DNA of 64,000 bases from Verrucomicrobiota bacterium (GTDB lineage: Bacteria; Verrucomicrobiota; Verrucomicrobiia; Verrucomicrobiales; DEV007). Position 1 is the first letter of the stretch. Each line of letters begins with the position of its first letter. The translations under genes and the position numbers were made by a program. The notes below the pieces were generated by a model. The model saw nothing but the letters and a program-made list of their open reading frames with translations. It was not told the DNA's origin and did not search any database. Of the stretch, positions 40,960-48,962 are shown piece after piece. Location: positions 40,189 to 104,188 of the forward strand of contig JASFYY010000002.1 in the NCBI GenBank assembly GCA_045046875.1, read 5' to 3'.

Positions 40960-42900
40960 ATGAACCCTGCTAAGACCAACGATCAATCTATTAAGATCAA
41001 TCGTTGGCAGGCTTTTCAAAGCGCAGGGTTTTTGATCAATAATAAATTTGGTGGAGCTTTTACAGGCTTCGCTATTTTTTGTGCCTGCATCACTCCTTTG
41101 AGTGCAGCCAAGCCATTGAGTAGCTCGGTGCAAAAGGACGATGGCTTGGATGATCGTGCCGAGGTGTATGTGGATCGGTTTTTTCCACCAAACCCCCGTT
41201 TGTCCCTGCTTGGAGCGGGACAGTTGCGAGCGGACGCTTTGGCGCATTATTCCAGGGCTCTTGCTTTTGAAAAGGAGAAAAACTTTGATGCGGCTTTGAA
41301 AGCCTATAGCGAGGTCTTGCGCCTGACACCGGCTAACGTGGTATTGGCACGAAAGGTTGCTTATCTGCAGGCATCCGGTGGCCGTTTGAAAGAAGCGCGG
41401 GAGATATTAGAAAAATCCCTGCAGCTCAATCCGCTGGTGGCACAAGCGTATTTGTCTTATTCCGAGTTTTTGCTCACCTATTATGCAGATTCTGCCGAGG
41501 ATAGAAAAAAGGCCATGCTGCTGGCGGAAGACGCTGAACAGAAATTTGCGGATGATGCGGTGGTTTACGATCACCTGATCCGCTTGTATTTAGTCAGTCG
41601 GCAAACGGATAAAGCCAAAGCCGCGATTGACCGGGCATTAAAACAAGAGTCAGCAGAACCTGATTTCTGGCTGAAAATAGCGATGATCGCGCAACGTGTC
41701 TGGCCGTTGACTACCAGTGCCGGACAAAAACCGATACTATTAAATGGTATTTATCAGAAAGTTTTGGACCATTCCAAGGATCAGGTGGAACCACAGGTAG
41801 CGGTTGCAGGTTTTTATAGCTCATCTCATCAAGCTCAAAAAGCGCGGGAGCTGTATGAGGAAATTATCCTTGAACATCCTGAGCGGCTCGATCTTCGCAA
41901 AAAACTTGCTTCGGTTTATCAGGTGCTAGGCCAGCAGGAGAAAGTGATAGAGATATTACGTGATGTGGTGCAAATCGACCCTCGTGACGCGCAGACCAAC
42001 CGATTGCTGGCGGAAGTGTATCGTGCTCGTAAGGATCCGGTGAATGCGGCGCATTTTTTGCAGCAAGCTTTGAAGATAAGCAAAGGCAGCGAGTCGGAGT
42101 ACATGGATCTGGCCCAGCTTTTGCTTTCTGCTAGAAAGCCGGAAGAAGCGGTGCCGGTTCTGGAGCGTGCCGCCTATTATTATCCGGAAGAACCGTTTGT
42201 GGCATTTTTGCTGGCGGTCGCACGTTCGCGTGCCGAGCAATATGAAGATTCATTATCAGCTTTCGAGCGGGCGATATTATTAGGCAAAGAAACCCGGCCG
42301 GGTTTGTTGAATGAACAATTTTATTTTCAGTATGGAGCTGCTGCAGAACGCGCAGGCAAGCTTGAGCAAGCAGCGACCTTGTTTCGCAAATCAATGAGTA
42401 TTTTGGCGAAAAGCGGAGCTGAAGATGAAGAGAGCAAGGCTTTTGCGGCACAACTTTATAACTATCTGGGTTATATGTGGTTGGAAAATGACATGCATAT
42501 TGATGAAGCGGGTGAGTTGATCAAAACAGCATTTGATTTGACTCCCGAATCGGGTGCGATTCGAGACAGCCTCGGTTGGTTTTATTTTAAGAAAAAACGA
42601 TTCAAGGAAGCTCGGCTTGAGTTGAATAAAGCGATGGAGTTGATGCAAGAACCCGATCCTACCGTATTTGATCATTTGGCGCGGACCTATTTTCAATTAG
42701 GCATGAAAGAAGAAGCCTTGCAGCACATGCGCAAGGCGCTCGATTTGGATTCTGCTAATAAGGAATTTGTGGATCGCCTGCGTAAGTTTGAAACACAAGA
42801 GCCCCCCGTTTCACAGACGATCCCTAAACCTTCAAATCCAGTGAAAAAGAAGCCGCTGCCGCCTGCAGTGGATAAGGAAAAAGGGGAAAAGGCCGCTTGA
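40960..42900 (+). CDS. Tetratricopeptide repeat protein (envelope-type)
   Basis: Many TPR units; YNYLGY..DSLGW.YF..DHL motif. Confidence 0.88.
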   Translation: MNPAKTNDQSIKINRWQAFQSAGFLINNKFGGAFTGFAIFCACITPLSAAKPLSSSVQKDDGLDDRAEVYVDRFFPPNPRLSLLGAGQLRADALAHYSRALAFEKEKNFDAALKAYSEVLRLTPANVVLARKVAYLQASGGRLKEAREILEKSLQLNPLVAQAYLSYSEFLLTYYADSAEDRKKAMLLAEDAEQKFADDAVVYDHLIRLYLVSRQTDKAKAAIDRALKQESAEPDFWLKIAMIAQRVWPLTTSAGQKPILLNGIYQKVLDHSKDQVEPQVAVAGFYSSSHQAQKARELYEEIILEHPERLDLRKKLASVYQVLGQQEKVIEILRDVVQIDPRDAQTNRLLAEVYRARKDPVNAAHFLQQALKISKGSESEYMDLAQLLLSARKPEEAVPVLERAAYYYPEEPFVAFLLAVARSRAEQYEDSLSAFERAILLGKETRPGLLNEQFYFQYGAAAERAGKLEQAATLFRKSMSILAKSGAEDEESKAFAAQLYNYLGYMWLENDMHIDEAGELIKTAFDLTPESGAIRDSLGWFYFKKKRFKEARLELNKAMELMQEPDPTVFDHLARTYFQLGMKEEALQHMRKALDLDSANKEFVDRLRKFETQEPPVSQTIPKPSNPVKKKPLPPAVDKEKGEKAA

Positions 42901-43137
42901 GTATCGGTATGAGATTCTGATAGGATTCCTTCAGCGGATCTTGCAGAAGAGAATCGCTGGATTTTGTGATTGCCTGTCTGTATAATGAAGTCTGGCTTGA
43001 GGTCAGCAAACTGGATCTAGTGACTTCTGGCTGGACTATAATCTATAAATAAACCTATGTTGCATTAAACAGTATTTGTTTGATGTGACCTTAGTAAAGC
43101 TTGTTTCACTAATATATAAATAATACAAAATCTCCCA

Positions 43138-44157
43138 ATGAAAATTTCTTCTACAACCAATACCATAAGAAGCACGTTTTTAATGCTGTGTGTATTATTG
43201 GGAATTGTGATAGCCGATGATCAGCAATTGGCACAATCTTGGACTGGTGCGATTTACGGTGCGGTTTTTGCGTTATCCGTATTATTGCTCGATTTCATTT
43301 TGCGGAATTTCACCATTAGGGGATTTTCGGCAGGCACTTTTGGTTTGTTGGTGGGCATGCTTTGTGCGCAGTTGATTGTTTGGACCAGAGTGTTTGAGGG
43401 CCCGTGGATGGATAAGTACGCTTTAGGCAGCCACATATTTGGTTTGGGACTTTTTATCGGTTTTGGTTATTTGGGCATGATGTTGGCTTTGCGTACCAAG
43501 CGAGACGAGTTTTCCCTGATCATTCCTTACGTGCGATTTCGTCAGGATTCGGTGCATGACGAATCGATGTTGGTGGACACCAACGTGATTATAGACGGTC
43601 GTTTGTTGAAATTGTGCGCGACGGGATTTTTGAGTGGTTCGTTGATTGTGCCGCAGTTTGTTTTGGATGAATTACAGGCTTTGAGCGATTCGGCGGATGA
43701 GGCCAAAAGGGGGCGCGGTAAACGCGGTTTGGATTGTTTGCGTCAGATGCAGGATGCTCCCGAATTGGAGGTCATCATCAATGATGATCTGGTATCAACG
43801 AAGGATGAAGTGGATAGTAAACTGGTTGAATTAGCTCAGAGGCTAGGGGCTCGTCTTTTGACCAATGACAGTGGTTTGGCAAAAGTGGCACGATTGCAGA
43901 AAGTGAATGTTTTATTGCTCAGTGAGCTGGCTTTGGCGATGCGACCAGTGGTTGCACCTGGTGATGAAGTGGAGCTTAATCTGGTGAAAGAAGGCCGTGA
44001 CGAGCATCAAGCCGTTGGTTATTTGCCGGATGGCACCATGATCGTGGTCAATCGCGCAGTGGCTTTGATTGGCTCGTTGCAGTGGGTGGTGGTTGCAGGA
44101 GCGGTGCAAACCAGCGCCGGGCGTTTGATTTTCGCCGAGCTCAAAGAAAACGATTAA
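43138..44157 (+). CDS. Membrane PIN/TRAM domain protein (YacL-like)
   Basis: 4 TM helices, VDTNVIIDGR, RGKRGLD, TND, QAVGYLPDGTMIVV, QTSAGRLIF. Confidence 0.92.
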   Translation: MKISSTTNTIRSTFLMLCVLLGIVIADDQQLAQSWTGAIYGAVFALSVLLLDFILRNFTIRGFSAGTFGLLVGMLCAQLIVWTRVFEGPWMDKYALGSHIFGLGLFIGFGYLGMMLALRTKRDEFSLIIPYVRFRQDSVHDESMLVDTNVIIDGRLLKLCATGFLSGSLIVPQFVLDELQALSDSADEAKRGRGKRGLDCLRQMQDAPELEVIINDDLVSTKDEVDSKLVELAQRLGARLLTNDSGLAKVARLQKVNVLLLSELALAMRPVVAPGDEVELNLVKEGRDEHQAVGYLPDGTMIVVNRAVALIGSLQWVVVAGAVQTSAGRLIFAELKEND

Positions 44158-44281
44158 AAGTAATACTTCTAGACGGTGACTTGATGAAATTGAAGGGGAA
44201 GGGGGAACCTGCCGCCTGGAACCAGGGGCAGGTTATAAGTGTTATCCGTTATTCTCGATTGAGATTCGGATGGTTGCGCGA

Positions 44282-44530
44282 TCAATCCTGTTGATCGGCG
44301 TCGGCTATGTTTTGCAGGGCGTTGATGAAGTCTTCCAGCACTTCACAAGGCACCATAATGGTGTCTCTGCGTCCGCGCACATCTTCTGTAATCTTCACAA
44401 AACTACCGCGGTCATTTTCTTTCAAGTCGAGAAAGAAAATTTTGCGATCCGAAAATATTTTTTCGGAATGCGTGGGTTCATCATCACGTCTGCGGTTATC
44501 TTGTCTTTGATCTTCTTCGTATTCAATCAT
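44282..44530 (-). CDS. PUR-family ssDNA/RNA-binding protein
   Basis: HSEKI...RKIFFLDLKENDRG.FVKITE...RRDTIMVP. Confidence 0.88.
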   Translation of the reverse strand: MIEYEEDQRQDNRRRDDEPTHSEKIFSDRKIFFLDLKENDRGSFVKITEDVRGRRDTIMVPCEVLEDFINALQNIADADQQD

Positions 44531-44746
44531 GGATCTACGTACCTCTCTTCTCTGTTTTTAGTTAAACGCCAGCCGAAAATAACTTTCGGTAGCGTGTGTT
44601 TTTCCTTCCTCCTTCTCCGGAGATCAACGCTGCGTGCTTGTTATGAAACACTCAGCGCCACCCAAGCCGGCCTGGTGCGGGCAATAGAGTCCATAAGACT
44701 TTGCCACACCGTTCCTTATGGGCGCGGTAAAAAAGCACGGATTTTT

Positions 44747-45715
44747 CTAAAGTCCAACAGCTTTACGAATCCGGTGCAAGGTTTCTTGTGCAATCAGGCG
44801 TGCTTGTTGGGCTCCATTATGTAGCACATCTTCGACAAAAGCCGGATCTTGCTCGAGTTCAGCGCGTTTGACTCGCATGGGAGCGAAGTGTTCGAGCAGT
44901 TTTTTCAGCAGTTGTTTTTTGAAGTGCCCATAACCCTCACCGCCGCGGCGGAAGGCATCTTCCATCTCCTGCACTTCATTTGCGGACGCGATCAATTTGT
45001 AGAGCATGACGATGTAGGAGTCGTCGGGGTTTTTTGGATCTTCCACTGGAGTGGAATCCGTGGTGATGCGCATGATTTTTTTCTTAAGCGCTTTTTCGTC
45101 TTCGAACAGAGCAATGGTATTATCGTAGCTTTTGCTCATTTTGCGTCCATCGAGACCGGGAACGGCTGCCAGATCTTTGCGAATGCGCGGTTCGGGTATT
45201 TTTAACAACTGTTCGCCTTCGCCGTAACGATCATTAAATTTTTGGGCGATGTCACGGGTGACTTCGATATGCTGCTTTTGATCTTTACCGACGGGAACAA
45301 GGTCACTGTTGTAAATCAGAATGTCGGATGCCATTAGAACTGGGTAAGCAAACAGACCGTGGGACGGGGAAACGCCTTGGGCAATCTTGTCTTTGTAGGA
45401 ATGACAGCGCTCAAGCAGGCCCATCGGGGTCAGGGTGCTGAGAATCCAGGTGAGTTCGGTGACTTCCGGTACGTCAGACTGACGAAAAAAAACTGCTTTT
45501 TCAGGATCGAGGCCACAAGCGAGGAAATCGATAGCCACATCGCGCACATTGTCACGCAACTGGCTGGGATCGTGGATCGAGGTCAGCGAGTGATAGTCCG
45601 CTATGAAATAATAGGCTTCGCCTTCGTCTTGGAGACGGATGGCAGGCTCCATCATGCCAAAATAATTGCCAAGATGAAGTCGCCCAGATGGTTGGATGCC
45701 AGATAGAATACGCAT
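44747..45715 (-). CDS. trpS: Tryptophan--tRNA ligase (ORF track extends to 45799)
   Basis: SGIQPSGRLHLGNY, YPVLMASDI, VPVGKDQKQH, KMSKS. Confidence 0.97.
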   Translation of the reverse strand: MRILSGIQPSGRLHLGNYFGMMEPAIRLQDEGEAYYFIADYHSLTSIHDPSQLRDNVRDVAIDFLACGLDPEKAVFFRQSDVPEVTELTWILSTLTPMGLLERCHSYKDKIAQGVSPSHGLFAYPVLMASDILIYNSDLVPVGKDQKQHIEVTRDIAQKFNDRYGEGEQLLKIPEPRIRKDLAAVPGLDGRKMSKSYDNTIALFEDEKALKKKIMRITTDSTPVEDPKNPDDSYIVMLYKLIASANEVQEMEDAFRRGGEGYGHFKKQLLKKLLEHFAPMRVKRAELEQDPAFVEDVLHNGAQQARLIAQETLHRIRKAVGL

Positions 45716-45979
45716 GAATGGTCTGACTGTCTTTTCGACAGGGGCAGATGTCAAGGCACGATGCTGCGTAGCATGGGCATCTTGCCCATGAATAATCATC
45801 TAAAACAGGGGCTGAAAAAATCCAGCCGTTTTGCTCAGGTCGATTCCCGTAGGTGAGCTTCTATGAGTGATAAAACGGTGCTTTTGTGGTAAGGTGGGGG
45901 AGTAATAAAGTTATTGCCCCTGATGGCCCAATCGTTCATTGCTCCGAAAATATGGGCAAATAAATCGCTCAAATTTTGA

Positions 45980-47470
45980 TCAGAAAAGCTCACGAAGGGA
46001 GGGTTTTGTTACTTTCCCCATGACATTTCGTGGCAAACTTTCTAGTAAAATCAAACGCTTCGGGATCTTATAAGTAGACATGCGATCACGACACCATTTA
46101 CGTAATTCGTCGATTACGAGTTCTTTATCAGACTCAAGAATAGCCGCCACTGCGACCATTTCGCCCCAGGTATCATCCGGAAGGCCGATCACGGCACACT
46201 CGGAAATATCGGGGTGCTGCAACAGAGCCGCTTCAATCTCGAGGGCGGATAGTTTGTATCCTCCACTTTTGATAATATCTACAGAAAGCCGACCCATAAT
46301 TCTATAGTACCCGGACTCTATCACTGCCATATCACCTGTTAGAAACCACCCGTCATCAAATGACTCGTTAGTAATGTCGGCTAAGTTCCAATATTCATGA
46401 AACACACCTGGCCCCTTTATCTGGATTTCACCTGGTTCGTCTTCATCTAATACCAGATCGCCCTGCTCGTTCTTAAGCCTTACCTCTACTTTAGGAAGAG
46501 CGATCCCTACCGAACCCGGCCGGCGTTCACCATGGAAAGGATTGGACAAGGCCATACCTATTTCAGTCATTCCATATCGTTCCAGCAGTTTTTGCCCGGT
46601 TAATTCAGTCCATTTTTCATGAATACTGGCGGGAAGAGCCGCTGAACCGGAAATCATCAATCTCATCTCAGCAAAACAACGGGTCAGCACATTTTTTTCA
46701 TCAACGCCCATTGACTCCAGACTCTGGATCAATTTTACATAGATGGTAGGCACTGCCATAAATACACTATACGCGCCCGATTTGACCCGTTCGAAAACAG
46801 TATTCAAATCAAAGTTCGGAAACGGTTCTATCGTCGCCCCGCTCCAAAGTGCGCAGCTACAAATGTTGATGATCCCGTGAATATGATGTAGTGGCAGAAA
46901 TAAAGGTATCCGGTCATCCGGCGACCATTCCCAGGCCCCAACCAGACTCTCTATCTGAGCCTGGATATTCAAATGGGTCGTTACCACGCCTTTCGGCTTA
47001 CTGGTCGTTCCGCTGGTGTATAGAATCATAGCGCGCCTTTGCGCCGAAATCTCAGGCAGATTTTTATCGGGAAACGATACAGATACTTCTTCGATCACCA
47101 ATAGTTGTAGATCCAGTCTTTGACAGAGGCCAGCCAACTTGTCACGGTAGGCCGAGGGCACTACAACTATCGTTGATCCCGAATCGGACAGGGCGTACTC
47201 GAGTTCCGGTTCTGCGGCCGATATGCAGAGTGGAACCGTGACTCCACCCGAACGCCAGATACCCCATTGAGTCGCCACATAATCAAATCCTGCAGGAATC
47301 AAAAATGCAACTCTGGCTTCTCTTAAATCGTCCGACTTATCCAGCAATGCCGAGGCAATCTGCGCGGAACGGGACAATAAATCCTGGTAACTGTGCTCAT
47401 TTTTTTCAGTTCTAAGGGCTACCTTGCTCTCAAACAGACGAGCTCGGGAAATTATTTCAAGTTCGTTCAT
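45980..47470 (-). CDS. Acyl-CoA synthetase, malonyl-CoA synthetase (MatB/ACSF3)-like
   Basis: YTSGTTSKPKG, ERYGMTE, GERRPGSVG, IIKSGGYK; operonic with madLM. Confidence 0.85.
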   Translation of the reverse strand: MNELEIISRARLFESKVALRTEKNEHSYQDLLSRSAQIASALLDKSDDLREARVAFLIPAGFDYVATQWGIWRSGGVTVPLCISAAEPELEYALSDSGSTIVVVPSAYRDKLAGLCQRLDLQLLVIEEVSVSFPDKNLPEISAQRRAMILYTSGTTSKPKGVVTTHLNIQAQIESLVGAWEWSPDDRIPLFLPLHHIHGIINICSCALWSGATIEPFPNFDLNTVFERVKSGAYSVFMAVPTIYVKLIQSLESMGVDEKNVLTRCFAEMRLMISGSAALPASIHEKWTELTGQKLLERYGMTEIGMALSNPFHGERRPGSVGIALPKVEVRLKNEQGDLVLDEDEPGEIQIKGPGVFHEYWNLADITNESFDDGWFLTGDMAVIESGYYRIMGRLSVDIIKSGGYKLSALEIEAALLQHPDISECAVIGLPDDTWGEMVAVAAILESDKELVIDELRKWCRDRMSTYKIPKRLILLESLPRNVMGKVTKPSLRELF

Positions 47471-47474
47471 GTGT

Positions 47475-48251
47475 TTATTGTTCAGTCAGAAGTCTAACGA
47501 AAAGGAATATGACAGAAGGCCCCAGCAAGCAGCCTAATCCAGTATAAAATGTCGCGGTCATTGCCCCGTAAGGCACTAAGCGGGGATCAGTCGCAGCGAG
47601 ACCACCGGCAACGCCGCTGGTCGTTCCCATGAGCCCCCCGAAAATCATAGCGGATCGGGGATTATCGAGGCCGATATATTTTGCAACAAATGGAGTGCCT
47701 ATCATAACCAGAATCGATTTCACTAAACCTGCGGCAACACTGAGTGCCATCACATCAGAAGAAGCCCCTAGTGCTCCCCCGGTTACTGGTCCTACGATGT
47801 AGGTAGCAGCACCGGCACCAATCGTTGTTATACTTATCGCATCCCGGTAGCCGAATGCCCAGGCCACACAGCCACCAACGAAAAATGATACCAAAATTCC
47901 GGCAAAGAGGGATAGAATCCCCGAAAACCCCGTCTTTAGAAATTCCTCCATCCGCACGCCAAAAGCAGTCGCCACAATAGCGAGATCTCGCAGCATTGCG
48001 CCTCCCATCAGGCCGACCCCCGCGAGAGCCGGAACATCGGCAATGCCTTTGTTTCCCCCCATCCAGCGTCCCCCAAACCAAGCCAACACAAGGCCCAGAA
48101 ATATCGCAATCGCCGAGCCATGAATCCTTCCTTTGGTGAGATGTTTCGAAACCAAGTAGGAAAGCCAGATCACTATCCCGATTACCGCGAAAGCCGTAAC
48201 CAAGTTGTATTTAATCAAGACATCCTTCTGGAGGAACTCATACATCTTCAT
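47475..48251 (-). CDS. madM: Malonate transporter subunit MadM
   Basis: HGSAIAI, GGAMLRD, TYIVGPVTG, LVPYGAMTATFYTGLGC. Confidence 0.93.
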   Translation of the reverse strand: MKMYEFLQKDVLIKYNLVTAFAVIGIVIWLSYLVSKHLTKGRIHGSAIAIFLGLVLAWFGGRWMGGNKGIADVPALAGVGLMGGAMLRDLAIVATAFGVRMEEFLKTGFSGILSLFAGILVSFFVGGCVAWAFGYRDAISITTIGAGAATYIVGPVTGGALGASSDVMALSVAAGLVKSILVMIGTPFVAKYIGLDNPRSAMIFGGLMGTTSGVAGGLAATDPRLVPYGAMTATFYTGLGCLLGPSVIFLFVRLLTEQ

Positions 48252-48622
48252 AGTTCGGGATCCACCTTGTCATCACCCATCCGACTCAAAATCGGAACTA
48301 AGGCAAAACAAGCCAGTACGGATAACACCCCGGCGACAATAGCAACCCAACCGCTCGTCACAGCAGCCAGCACATTTTGGCTGGCCGCCATTGCGACCAC
48401 GATGGGAATATAGATTGCGCTCCAAAACGCGATCCCGCTTTCCGTAGCAACCTTAATCTTGTCAGATTTATGTAAGTGGTCGCAGATCAGAATAAGGAAT
48501 AGCATCGCAATCCCGACACCTCCAATATTTTTATCCAGTCCCACGGCCCACCCTAGAATTCGTCCCAAAGACAAACCTGCCAATAAGCAGATGGATAACA
48601 GTGCAGTTCCGTAGATCGCCAT
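48248..48622 (-). CDS. madL: Malonate transporter subunit MadL
   Basis: IYGTALL, NIGGVGIAM, FWSAIYIPIVVAMAASQNV. Confidence 0.93.
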   Translation of the reverse strand: MAIYGTALLSICLLAGLSLGRILGWAVGLDKNIGGVGIAMLFLILICDHLHKSDKIKVATESGIAFWSAIYIPIVVAMAASQNVLAAVTSGWVAIVAGVLSVLACFALVPILSRMGDDKVDPEL

Positions 48623-48962
48623 AATTATTTATTAATTGATCGAAGTTTACTTTTTTTAAGGATTTTTATAGAGGCGTCGGCTCGTTTGGGATTGGATGGG
48701 AAAGGGGCGAAATGGTAAAATTTCGTGTTCATGAGAAGGACTCGAACATAAAAATAGGTTTGAGTCAAGGCACCCGGGAGGAGGACACTGGAAGAGTGTT
48801 TCGTAGGGGATGTTCAGCGTGAATCATCATGGGCTGGAGCCGAAACTACGAGGTGCGCCTCGTGAGGTATGGGTGCAATGGCTTTGTATTAAAGGAAGGT
48901 TTTTGAAAATTACACTGAAGTGATTCCTTGCAGGATTTTGTGGAGCGGTCTAATCTCATCTA

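Noticed and set aside
44270..44824. 184-aa + strand ORF
   Set aside because: Antisense shadow of the PUR gene, its leader and the trpS 3' end.
45716..45979. T-box or attenuator upstream of trpS
   Set aside because: No T-box consensus or Trp-rich leader peptide recognised.
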